Assembly: GCA_963727445.1 (NCBI GenBank)
Contig: CAVSGI010000027.1
Span: forward strand, 1-64,000
DNA: 64,000 nt
Source: an uncultured delta proteobacterium
GTDB lineage: Bacteria; Myxococcota_A; Polyangia; Polyangiales; B10-G4
Direction of reading: 5' to 3'
Made by a program: the position numbers and the translations under genes. Below are positions 35,569 to 44,787 of the stretch, in pieces (position 1 is the stretch's first letter; each line of letters opens with the position of its first letter). The notes under the pieces are model-generated. The model did not search any database and was not told the origin of the DNA. It was given only the letters and a program-made list of their open reading frames with translations.

Positions 35569-36529
35569 ATCGGTCGACACCATCGTCCCGCGGCCAACGC
35601 GCATGGGTGTCGGGCAGATGGAGCGTCTCTTGATCCTCCGCTCCTTCCCGGGTTTTGCAGAGCTCCCGCCCGAGATGGTGAACGTCCTCGCCGACAACAC
35701 CCGCGAGCGCTTCTTCCCCCGCGGCAGCCACCTCTTCCACGCCGAGCGCCCCGTCGAGGCTCTCCAGTTCGTCGTCGAGGGGCGCATCGAGCTCTTGCGT
35801 CGCGGCCACCGCTACCGCGAGCTCGGGCCGAGGAGCGCAGTGGGCGGCATCGCCGCCTTCGCCCGCGATCTCCACGGCTACGACGTCATCGCTCTCGAGG
35901 ACTGCATCACACTCGAGCAGCGCATCGACGACGCCGTGGACATCTTCGAGGATCACTTCCCCATCCTCCGCGGGGTCCTCCGCGCCGTCGCCCACGAGGT
36001 CATGCAGCTGCGTCGCCACGCCGACGACAAGGCCGGGTTCGTCGAGACCCTGGACCCCGGCCCAGCATGGCCCGAAGCGCCACTCGACTTCGTCGAGCGT
36101 ATGGCGCTCATCCGCGACACGATGACCTTCGCGCGGACGCGCGTCGAAGCCATCGCCGACCTCGCCCGCGAGGCGCAGGAGGTGCGGGTCTCGGCTGGCG
36201 AAGACCTCTGGACCGAGGGAGATCCGTCGGCCGAGATGTACATCCTCATCTGTGGCACCGTGGACTGCCGGACGGCCGAGGGACAGAGCTTTCGCTTCGG
36301 ACCGGGGGACGTCATCGGTGCGCTCGACGCGCTCGCCGCCGAACCCCGTTGGTTCACCCCGACCGTGCGTCACGACCTGTTGGCGCTACGGATCTCGAAC
36401 GAGTCGATGTACGACGTCTTCGAAGACAACTTCGACATCGCCATGGACCTCCTCGAAGGGATGGCCAAGGCGGTCATGGCCATGTCGGACGCGCAGGCAG
36501 GTCTGTCGCCAGACCCGAGCGAGGGCTGA
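35558..36529 (+). CDS. Protein with two cyclic-nucleotide-binding (Crp-type) domains and no HTH
   Basis: ERLLILRSFPGFAELP..LFHAERP..LQFVVEGRI and VERMALIR..LWTEGDPSAEMYILICGTV..GPGDVIG. Start overlaps the upstream gene end. Confidence 0.85.
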   Translation: MPSESVDTIVPRPTRMGVGQMERLLILRSFPGFAELPPEMVNVLADNTRERFFPRGSHLFHAERPVEALQFVVEGRIELLRRGHRYRELGPRSAVGGIAAFARDLHGYDVIALEDCITLEQRIDDAVDIFEDHFPILRGVLRAVAHEVMQLRRHADDKAGFVETLDPGPAWPEAPLDFVERMALIRDTMTFARTRVEAIADLAREAQEVRVSAGEDLWTEGDPSAEMYILICGTVDCRTAEGQSFRFGPGDVIGALDALAAEPRWFTPTVRHDLLALRISNESMYDVFEDNFDIAMDLLEGMAKAVMAMSDAQAGLSPDPSEG

Positions 36530-36534
36530 GGAGC

Positions 36535-36759
36535 TCAGCCCCCCGAGTCTGGAGCGTCGGCGGCCGCGTCGACCGCACCGTCCGTTGCTCCATCCACCAC
36601 CGGGCGGGCGTAGCAACGGTCGTCGGCGCGACACTCGAAGTCCGGCGGACAGTCATCGTCCGCTGTGCAGGCAAAGATGCCCTCCGGCGCGTGGACGCTC
36701 GTCGAGCAGCCCCCGAAGAGGGCGACGAAGGCCAACCCCATCCCGAAGGCGCGCCTCAA
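36535..36759 (-). CDS. Small Cys-rich lipoprotein
   Basis: FVALFGGC lipobox and CTADDDCPPDFECRADDRC. TTG start overlaps the upstream TGA. Confidence 0.7.
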   Translation of the reverse strand: MRRAFGMGLAFVALFGGCSTSVHAPEGIFACTADDDCPPDFECRADDRCYARPVVDGATDGAVDAAADAPDSGG

Positions 36760-37217
36760 AACCGGCCTCTCAAGACCGCCCCCGTGGGACCGAGGTCGAG
36801 GTCGAGGCTCGCCGTCCCGAAGGGGTCGGGGTTGGCGTCGGCGAGCGCGAGGATGAACCAGGTCAGGCCTGCGCCGAGGACGATCAGCCCCGACGCCAAC
36901 ATGACCTGTCCGACCCCCAGGAAGATCGGTGCGCGGTCCGCCTGGCTGGCGTAGTCGTCCCAACGCGCGCCGTCGGGGGCGCCTTCGACCGCTCGCTTGT
37001 CCGCGCTTCCCACCAAGAAGAGGGTGAGCCCGCCGCCCGTCACCAGCGCTCCCGCGCTCATCATCAGGATCGGGCCCAGGATGTCGTGACGCGGCGCCGC
37101 CTCCGTCTCCCTCGACTCGGTCTCGCCGCGATCCTGAGCGCGCGCTGGCGACACCGAGCACAGGATGACCAAGGCGACCGGGAGCGCGACCAGACGCGCG
37201 GCGAGCCCCCGCATCAT
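36756..37217 (-). CDS. Hypothetical secreted/membrane protein
   Basis: Signal ending ARA-Q, two TMs and a C-terminal GAVLRGRF. Start overlaps the lgt stop. Confidence 0.7.
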   Translation of the reverse strand: MMRGLAARLVALPVALVILCSVSPARAQDRGETESRETEAAPRHDILGPILMMSAGALVTGGGLTLFLVGSADKRAVEGAPDGARWDDYASQADRAPIFLGVGQVMLASGLIVLGAGLTWFILALADANPDPFGTASLDLDLGPTGAVLRGRF

Positions 37218-38158
37218 GCGGGCGCCATCGCCGACCGCTGCTTCAGGAAGCGGAAGAGGCCGATGCACAGCGCCACCACACCCAGGCCGATGAGCTGACT
37301 GGTGCTGAAGGGCCCCACTCCGCCGCGATCGTCGGCGCGGTAGTACTCGAGGACGAAGCGCAGGAGCGCGTAGCAGGCGAGGAAAGCGAGGAAGACCGCC
37401 CCGTCGAAGCGCTTGCGCGGGTGAACGACGAACATCATCAGCGCCGCGATGCCGAGACAGCCCAGGGCTTCGTAGAGCTGCGTCGGATGGACCGGGAGCG
37501 ACTCGAGGCCGGGGGCTGGCAGGTCCCCAGCCTTGAACTGCGATTCGCTCGCCGCCGACCACGGGGGGAAGCGGACGCGAAAGGGGTCGGTGTGGGTGAT
37601 GGAGCCGAAGCAGCAGCCGCCCAGAAAGCACCCCAGGCGGCCGAAGAAGAGCCCGAGCGGGATCACCATGCCCGCCATGTCCGCGGCCTTGAGCATCGGA
37701 AAGTTCTCGCGCTTCAGGAACCACAGACCGAAAACCGATGCCGCGATCAAGCCGCCGTAATAAGTGAGCCCCCCACGCCAGAACGCCGCCCAGGCGAAGC
37801 AGTCGCTCTCGGCGGGCCGGCAGACCTCGGCGGCCGCGTCCCACACGCCCTCGATGTCCTGGCATTGGAGCTCGGTGATCTGCCAGGCGACCTGGGAAGG
37901 GTCGGTGCACAGGTGCACGTAGTCCCAGAAGTAGCCGTCGGCGATGACGTGAAGAATGCGCGCGCCGGCGACGCCTGCGATGAGCGAGAAGAGGCCCAGG
38001 TCGATGATCGATTCGTGATCGAGCTTGCTGCGCTTCGCCCAGCGCGCACCCAAGAAGGTGGCGAGGCTGAAGCCGATCACCAGCATGGTGAAGTAGGCCG
38101 GGAGGGCCTGCCCCTCCATGAATTGTCCGAGATAGTCTTCGAAGAACTGGCCGTTCAC
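37214..38158 (-). CDS. lgt: Prolipoprotein diacylglyceryl transferase
   Basis: GARILHV, GGLTYYGG, GRLGCFLGGCCFG, HPTQLYEA and RFVLEYYR. Confidence 0.93.
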   Translation of the reverse strand: MNGQFFEDYLGQFMEGQALPAYFTMLVIGFSLATFLGARWAKRSKLDHESIIDLGLFSLIAGVAGARILHVIADGYFWDYVHLCTDPSQVAWQITELQCQDIEGVWDAAAEVCRPAESDCFAWAAFWRGGLTYYGGLIAASVFGLWFLKRENFPMLKAADMAGMVIPLGLFFGRLGCFLGGCCFGSITHTDPFRVRFPPWSAASESQFKAGDLPAPGLESLPVHPTQLYEALGCLGIAALMMFVVHPRKRFDGAVFLAFLACYALLRFVLEYYRADDRGGVGPFSTSQLIGLGVVALCIGLFRFLKQRSAMAPA

Positions 38159-38925
38159 GGCTCCGCCGCGCCAGGGGATGGTTCGACCTGGGGAGCGCTC
38201 TTCGGCTCCTCTTCGCCTTCGTCTTCGTCTTCTTCGGCGTCCTCGTCTTCTTCGGCGTCAGCCGTCTTCGCCGCCTTTTCCTTGCTGGCGCGCTCGTCCT
38301 TGGCCTTCTCTTCGCGACTCTCGCGGAAGCCGTCGAGAACGAGGAGGATGACACCGACCGTGATGCCGCAGTCGGCGATGTTGAAGGTCGGCCACTCCCA
38401 TCCGTCCTGTAAGTGGAAGCGTATGAAGTCCACCACGTAGCCGTAGCGCACGCGGTCCACCAGGTTCCCGAGAGCGCCCGAGACGATCATCGGCACGCTC
38501 CACGCGAAGAGCGTGTGCCCTCTGCCGCGTATGAACATCATGAAGAGCACGACGCTCGCGGCGGCGGCCGCCACGCCGAACACCGCCTTGCGCGCGATGG
38601 GCGGCGCGTCCCGGAGCAGGCCGAATGCCGCGCCGCAGTTCTCGGCGTAGCGGAACATCAGGTAGCCATCGACGACCACCACCTCGTCGGTGCGCACCCG
38701 CTGGGTCGCGACCCGCCCGTACTCGTCGGGCTCGCAAACGGGCGGAGGCTCGCCGAAGCGCTCGGTCGACAGGGTGCTCTCCGCCCACTGCTTGGAGCCG
38801 AGATCCATCGCCAAGAGCGCGAGGGTGGCCGCGGCGCAGATGATGATCGCACGCCGGCTCCGGGGCTCGGGCGCCGGAGGCGTGGGGCGCCGCCGCGCGC
38901 TCGACTCTTTCTTCTTCTTCGTCAC
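38155..38925 (-). CDS. lspA: Lipoprotein signal peptidase II
   Basis: DLGSK, ENCGAAFG, GALGNLVDR, VVDFI and WPTFNIAD. Confidence 0.95.
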   Translation of the reverse strand: MTKKKKESSARRRPTPPAPEPRSRRAIIICAAATLALLAMDLGSKQWAESTLSTERFGEPPPVCEPDEYGRVATQRVRTDEVVVVDGYLMFRYAENCGAAFGLLRDAPPIARKAVFGVAAAAASVVLFMMFIRGRGHTLFAWSVPMIVSGALGNLVDRVRYGYVVDFIRFHLQDGWEWPTFNIADCGITVGVILLVLDGFRESREEKAKDERASKEKAAKTADAEEDEDAEEDEDEGEEEPKSAPQVEPSPGAAEP

Positions 38926-38938
38926 GTCGGAGCTCGCG

Positions 38939-39466
38939 TCACTGGTAGCGCAGGATCACGTGGTAGCCGAAAGGCGTCTCCACCACGTCCGAGATGCCGC
39001 CCACCTCGAGCCCGAAGGCCGCCTGCTCGAAGGCGGGGTGCATCCGGCCGCGCGGAAAGGGGCCGAGGTCGCCGCCGCGCGTACGCGTGGGGCCGTCGCT
39101 GTACTCCGCCGCGAGGGCCTCGAAGTCCTCGCCGTCGCGGGCCTTGGCCAGCACCTCGCGCGCGCGCGCCAGGGCCTCGTCCTTGGAGCGCTCGATGGTC
39201 GGCGCCGCGCGAGTGGAACCCTGATACTGAATCAGGATGTGGCGCGCGGCGATGGTCTCGCCGCTTGGCGCCGGGGTGGGCGTCGGCGTGGGGGTGGGCG
39301 TCGGCGCAGGGGTCGGCGCGGGCGCCGGCGTGGGGGACGGTGCTTCGAGACGGACCGTCGTGGCCGCAGGGCGCGCCCCCCCAGGGGAGGAGTCGTCCTC
39401 CGAGGTGAAGAAGGGACAGCCAGCGAGGGTCATCGAAAGACCCAGGATGGTGACGAGTCTGAGCAT
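38939..39466 (-). CDS. Parvulin (PpiC-type) peptidyl-prolyl isomerase lipoprotein
   Basis: LAGC lipobox, PT-rich linker, ARHILI, FEALAAEYSD, GGDLG and VETPFGYHVI. Confidence 0.93.
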   Translation of the reverse strand: MLRLVTILGLSMTLAGCPFFTSEDDSSPGGARPAATTVRLEAPSPTPAPAPTPAPTPTPTPTPTPAPSGETIAARHILIQYQGSTRAAPTIERSKDEALARAREVLAKARDGEDFEALAAEYSDGPTRTRGGDLGPFPRGRMHPAFEQAAFGLEVGGISDVVETPFGYHVILRYQ

Positions 39467-39530
39467 CGGGCCGGGAGGTTATAGCGCGGGCTGGGTCGGC
39501 GCCAGGCCAGACGCTATTTTTGCCCCCCGC

Positions 39531-40056
39531 TCAGAGCCCGGCCCAGGCGAGGCGGCCGCGGAGGCCCAGCTCGCTCATGTAGCCCACCTCGACGGAGGCG
39601 ATCTTGCCGTCCTCGTCCACCACGAAGGTGGTGGGGAAGGAGCCGACCCCCCAGCTCTCCGCCAGGGCCCCGTCGGGATCGATCACGATGGGCATCGACA
39701 GCCCGTTGTCGGCCGCGTATTGGGCCACGGCTGGCACGCCGCCGGACTCGGTCGCGATGGCGATCATCCGGTGGTCCTCGGCCACCGCCTTGATGTTGTG
39801 CTCCTCCGCTTTGCAGACGCCGCACCAGGTCGCGAAGAAGTGGACGACCACCGGCTCTCCCTGAAGCGCCGCCAGAATCGACGCTCGCTCCGTCGATGGC
39901 GCGTGCGGCGAGCGCAGGTGCGTCTCCGCGCACCGCGTTGCGCGTCTGGTAGGCGCGGATGGCGATCACCGCGACCACAACCACGAGCACCTGGAAGGCG
40001 ATGCCCGCGGCCTTGCTCTTGCGAAGCTTCGCCAGCTTTGCGCCGATGGTGGCCAC
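39531..40056 (-). CDS. Membrane-anchored thioredoxin-like disulfide oxidoreductase (TlpA-like); frameshift ~39885
   Basis: N-terminal TM in one frame. HFFATWCGVCK and FPTTFVVD in another. Confidence 0.85.
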
Positions 40057-40113
40057 GACGACTTCTTTAGGGCCGATAGGGGCTCGCCGCAACGAGACCG
40101 TGCGGCTCCGGGC

Positions 40114-41827
40114 TCAGCCCTCCCCGGCGTCTGCCACGTCCGAGCCCTTGGCGCTTTGACCGGGGAAGAAGCCGTGGGTGATCCGCGGTCCCGCCGGACG
40201 GGAGAGCTTGCCGCCGGGCGCGAAGGACAGGACGCTGCTCTTGAGCTCGTCCTCGGGGGGCGCCGCGTGCGGAGGCACCGCGACCGCCTCCGCCATCGAT
40301 GCGACGTGCAAGGTCTGCGTCGGGAACGCGAACTCCACCTTCAACGCCTCGGCCAGGCGGAGAAACTCGAGGAAGACGTTGTGGCGCTCGCGCAGCTCTG
40401 CGGACCAGGAATCGACCTCGAAGAAGAAGTAGAGCATCACGTCGAGGGACGCCGCGCCGAAGCCGGCGAAGTGCACTTCGAAGTAGTCCTGACGCACGAC
40501 GGGGTTCGCCTTGAGGATGGCCCGGCAGCCGTCGCAGAAGGCCTGAATCTGCTCCGGCGTGGTGTCATAGGTCAGCCCCAACGTGATCGAGCAGCGGCGG
40601 AATTCGCGCTCGCCGTAGTTGTCGACGGCGGTGGTGGTGATGAGCGAGTTGGGGAAGGTGATGAGCGAATTGTAGAAGGTGCGAACGCGCGTCGAGCGCA
40701 TCCCCACCTCCTCCACTACTCCTTCGATGTCGCCCAGCTTGACCCAGTCGCCCACGTGGAACGGCCGGTCGGCGAAGATGCTCACCGAACCGAAGAGGTT
40801 CGCGATCATGTCCTTGGCCGCGAAGGAGATGGCCAGGGTTCCGACCGTGCCCATCGCCAGGAGGCTGGTCACGTCGACGTCCATGTTCTGCAGAACGAAG
40901 ATGACGCCGATGACGACGACGATGGCCTTCACCGAGCGTCGCACCAGCGGCACCAGCTGGTCGTCGAGCTTCGTCTCGGTCCCTTCGGCCTTGCGCGCGA
41001 AGAGGTCGGCGACGACGTCGACGATGCGGTAGAGCACGATGACCGCCGAGACCGCCGCCACCACCCGGATGCAGGCGAAGAGCACCTGGTTGGTGTGCGC
41101 GCCGAAGCTCAGGAAGCGGACGGACCACCAGAGGATGCCCGCCATCGCGATGGTGCCGATGGGGATGGACGCCTTGCCCACCAGGTCGGCGCTCGCGCGG
41201 AGCCCGGCGCGCTCGAGGAGCCGCGTCCCGTAATTCGACACCGCCCAACCGACGACGAGCCGAGCGACGAAGGCCACCAGAAGCGACAGGACCGCGCCGA
41301 AGATCTGCCACCACGCGACGCCGAAGAGCGGCCGCGTGCGCATCCACGCAGGAAGGGACTGAACGATCTCGTCGACGTCGAAAGGACGTTCGGCCTCGTA
41401 GATCGCATCGATGGTGCGAATGGAGGCCTCGCTCATCACCCACCGGCCCTCCGAGGTGCGCACGAGGTAGAGCTCGGGGAAGCGCGTGTCGAAGAGCTTC
41501 ACGCGCCGCTCGCCGCCGCCGTCGAGGTCGGAGGAGATCGAATCGGGATCGATCGGCGCGCCGGCGAGAGCCAGGGCGGTCAGGAGGCGCTCGGCTTTCT
41601 GGACCCGATCGCGCTCGGGCACGTCGGCGCCGCGCCAGTCGAAGCACTCGATGGCCGCGGTCGGGGTGATAGCTGTCGCTGTGCAGATTCTCGACCCAGG
41701 TGGCTACGGCTGCGCGAGGCGTCGAGCAGTCGGGCGTCTGTGCGACGGCGCGCGGGGGCATCGAGAGCAGCGCGACGATGAACGTCACCGCCGCGACAAA
41801 GAGCGTGAAGGTGGCTTTCTGCGTCAT
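40114..41827 (-). CDS. mscS: Small-conductance mechanosensitive channel with periplasmic N-terminal domain; frameshift ~41660
   Basis: ISFAAKDMIANLFGS, DRPFHVGDWV, GVVEEVGMRSTRVRT, FPNS and FAFPTQT. Signal peptide MTQKATF... is in another frame. Confidence 0.92.
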
Positions 41828-41861
41828 TGCGGCGGGAGAATACACGTTCTGCGGCGCGCGT

Positions 41862-43055
41862 TCAGACGAGCAATTTCAGCCGATCCAGCATGAAATCGCG
41901 GGCGACGACCATGTAGTGGACCTCGTCCGGGCCATCGGCGATGCGTGCGGCGCGCGCGCCGCGATACCAGGAGGCGAAGGGCATGTCGTCGCTGTAGCCG
42001 AGACCACCGTGGAGCTGGATGGCGTCGTCGAGGACCTTGCAGAGCGTCTGCGCGACGTGGACCTTGGCCATCGACGAATACGGGCGAGCCGCCTTGCCCT
42101 CGCCGCGCGAGAGCATCCACGCGCAGTGCATCGTCATCATGTTCCCCGCATGGATCGCCATCGCGTTCTCCGCGAGCTTGAGCTGCACCATCTGATGGCG
42201 CGCGAGGATCTTCCCGAAGCTCTGCCGCGTGCCCAGATACTGGCGGCAGAGCTCCATCGCCCGGTCCGCCATCCCGAGCCAGCGCATGCAGTGGGTGAGG
42301 CGCGCAGGCACCAGGCGCTTCTGCGCCAGCATGAAGCCCTCGCCGATCTCGCCGAGGACCGCGTCTTCGTTCACGCGCACCCCGTGAAACTTCATCTCCG
42401 CCTCCCGGTGGGCGAGGAGCGGCTCGCTCATCACCGAGACGTCGCGCACGTGCTCGACACCCTCGGCGTTCCGGTCGACGACGAACATCGAGGCGCCGGT
42501 CTTCGGGTCGTCGCTGGTGCGCGCCATCACGATGAGGAAGGCCGCGTCGCGGCCGCCGGTCGTGTACCACTTGTGTCCGTCGATCACCCACGCGTCGCCG
42601 TCCTTCACGGCCCGCGTGGCGAGGTTGCTCGGGTCGGCGCCCGCGCCCGGCGCGGGCTCGGTCATCGAAAAGGCGCTGGTGATCTCGCCAGCGCAGAGCG
42701 GCGCCAGATACTTTTCGCGCACCACGTCGCTCGCCGTCGTGAGCAACAGATCCATGTTGCCCTGGTCTGGCGCGTCACAGTTGAACACGCGCGCCCCCAC
42801 GGGCGAGCGGCCCATCTCGCGAAACGCGACGCACATCCCGAGCGGGCCGAGGTTCTGGCCGCCCAGCGCCTGAGGAAGATGCGGCGTCCAAAGTCCCTCG
42901 TCGCGCGCCTTCTGCTGGAGCGCCCGCAGGCGGTCGGACTTTCCTTCTCGGTCCTCGGCGATGATCTCCGCCTCGGCGCAGAGGACGTGGGCGTCGACGA
43001 ACGAGCGGACCTTCTGGCGAAGCTCGGCGAGCTCCGGCGACAGCTCGAAATTCAT
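41862..43055 (-). CDS. Acyl-CoA dehydrogenase
   Basis: APDQGNM, FSMTEP, GHKWYTTG, RQSFGK, AIQLHGGLG and IADGPDEVH. Confidence 0.95.
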   Translation of the reverse strand: MNFELSPELAELRQKVRSFVDAHVLCAEAEIIAEDREGKSDRLRALQQKARDEGLWTPHLPQALGGQNLGPLGMCVAFREMGRSPVGARVFNCDAPDQGNMDLLLTTASDVVREKYLAPLCAGEITSAFSMTEPAPGAGADPSNLATRAVKDGDAWVIDGHKWYTTGGRDAAFLIVMARTSDDPKTGASMFVVDRNAEGVEHVRDVSVMSEPLLAHREAEMKFHGVRVNEDAVLGEIGEGFMLAQKRLVPARLTHCMRWLGMADRAMELCRQYLGTRQSFGKILARHQMVQLKLAENAMAIHAGNMMTMHCAWMLSRGEGKAARPYSSMAKVHVAQTLCKVLDDAIQLHGGLGYSDDMPFASWYRGARAARIADGPDEVHYMVVARDFMLDRLKLLV

Positions 43056-43102
43056 GGCACTCTCCCGTGCCCACCGACGGGTGGGCTCCGAGGAGGTACC
43101 AC

Positions 43103-43873
43103 ATGAGCGTGCGGATGGAGAGAGCCGGCGGCGTGACGACCATCGTCCTGTCGCGACCCGAGCGGAGGAACGCCGTGAACGGCGAGACCGCGAAAGCTCT
43201 CGCCGATGCTTTTCGCGCCTTCGAGGCCGACCCGAATCAGGCGGTGGCGGTGCTGTGGGGCGAAGGCGGCACCTTCTGCGCGGGCGCCGATCTCAAGGCC
43301 ATCGCCGAAGGCGACCCAAACCGCGTGGAGCCGGACGGCGACGGTCCGATGGGCCCGACGCGCATGCATCTGAAAAAGCCCGTCATCGCGGCGGTGAGCG
43401 GTCACGCGGTCGCCGGCGGCCTCGAGCTCGCCATCTGGTGCGATCTGCGCGTGGTCGAAGAGGACGCGACCTTCGGGGTGTTCTGCCGGCGCTGGGGAGT
43501 GCCCCTGATCGATGGCGGCACCGTGCGCCTGTCGCGGATCGTCGGTCACGGTCGCGCGCTCGATCTCATCCTCACCGGTCGCGCCGTCGACGCAGAGGAA
43601 GCGCTGGCCATCGGCCTGGCCAATCGCGTGGTGCCGAAGGGCGAGGCGCGACGGGCGGCCGAGGCGCTCGCGGCGGAGATCGCGCGCCACCCGGCGGCGT
43701 GCATGAGAAACGATCGTCTCAGCGCCTACGAGGCGCTCGGGATGAACGAGGACCAGGCCATCGCCAACGAGCTCGCTCACGGGATGCGCAGCCTGGCCGA
43801 TCCGGAGATGCTCGAAGGCGTCGGGAACTTCGCCCGGGGCGCGGGACGCGGCGGCGCGGACTGGGAGCGCTGA
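43103..43873 (+). CDS. Enoyl-CoA hydratase/isomerase (crotonase family)
   Basis: RPERRNAV, FCAGADLK, AVAGGLELA and GVPLIDGGT. Confidence 0.93.
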   Translation: MSVRMERAGGVTTIVLSRPERRNAVNGETAKALADAFRAFEADPNQAVAVLWGEGGTFCAGADLKAIAEGDPNRVEPDGDGPMGPTRMHLKKPVIAAVSGHAVAGGLELAIWCDLRVVEEDATFGVFCRRWGVPLIDGGTVRLSRIVGHGRALDLILTGRAVDAEEALAIGLANRVVPKGEARRAAEALAAEIARHPAACMRNDRLSAYEALGMNEDQAIANELAHGMRSLADPEMLEGVGNFARGAGRGGADWER

Positions 43874-43874
43874 A

Positions 43875-44660
43875 TCAGCGCCCTTCGTAGACCGGCTTGC
43901 GCTTCTCGTTGAAGGCCGCGACGGCCTCGAGGCGATCCTTCGACGCGAGCGTGCGCTCGTAGCAACGACGCTCGTGGAGTAGGCCAGCGTCGAGCGGCAG
44001 CTCGATGGCGCCGTCGATCGCGTCGAGGGCCGCCGCCATCGCGATGGGTGCCCCCGTCTCGAAGGTCGCGGCCATCTCGAGCGCCGCTTCGAGTGCGCCC
44101 TGCCCTTCCTTCGCCACGCGAGTGACGATGCCGGCTGCGTGGGCCTCTTCTGCGGTGAGGCGCGAGGCGAGGAGGATCAGCTCCTTGGCCTTGGCCGGCC
44201 CCACGATGTGGGTGAGGCGCTGAGTGCCGCCGGCCCCCGGGATGATGGCGAGCGAGGTCTCGGTGAGGCCGACTTTGGCGCCGGCGGCCATCACGCGAAG
44301 GTCACAGGCCAGCGCGAGCTCGAGCCCGCCGCCATAGGCCACGCCGTTGATCGCCGCGATGGTGGGCTTGTTCAGGCGGTCGAGGTAACCGAAGGACACG
44401 CGGTACAGCGACAGGAAGTCGCGCACCGCCTCCTCATCCATCGTCGTCCGCTCCTTGAGGTCTGCGCCCGCACAGAACGCGCGGTCGCCTGCGCCAGTCA
44501 CGATCACCGCCCGTAGCGAAGCGTCCTCGTGGGCCTCGCGCGCGAGCCGCCCGATCTCCCGCACCACGGCGCGGGACAGGGCGTTCATCCGGCTCTGCCG
44601 GTCGATGGTCCAGATGGCGACGGCTCCGCGTCGCTCGACACGTACTCCGTGGTCGTCCAT
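43875..44660 (-). CDS. Enoyl-CoA hydratase, methylglutaconyl-CoA hydratase-like
   Basis: AFCAGADLKER, GGGLELALACD, ETSLAIIPGAGGTQRL and AFNEKRKPVYEG. Confidence 0.93.
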   Translation of the reverse strand: MDDHGVRVERRGAVAIWTIDRQSRMNALSRAVVREIGRLAREAHEDASLRAVIVTGAGDRAFCAGADLKERTTMDEEAVRDFLSLYRVSFGYLDRLNKPTIAAINGVAYGGGLELALACDLRVMAAGAKVGLTETSLAIIPGAGGTQRLTHIVGPAKAKELILLASRLTAEEAHAAGIVTRVAKEGQGALEAALEMAATFETGAPIAMAAALDAIDGAIELPLDAGLLHERRCYERTLASKDRLEAVAAFNEKRKPVYEGR

Positions 44661-44787
44661 GGCGACGTTTCTACGCGCTGTCGTCGAGCCGCGCCACCCC
44701 GCCGCCCCGCCATCTCCCCGGGACGTCTTCACTCCGGCTCCAGGGGACCTCAGCACTCCCGGCTCCGCGGCGTGTATCTTTTCGGGC

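Noticed and set aside
39270..39340. Short tandem repeats in the parvulin gene and in the kinase linkers (~1130-1170)
   Set aside because: They encode ordinary PT and EP low-complexity linkers.
40749..40764. parS-like sequence (CCACGTGGAAC) inside mscS
   Set aside because: Only one arm matches the 16-bp palindrome, and the match is explained by the RPFHVG codons.
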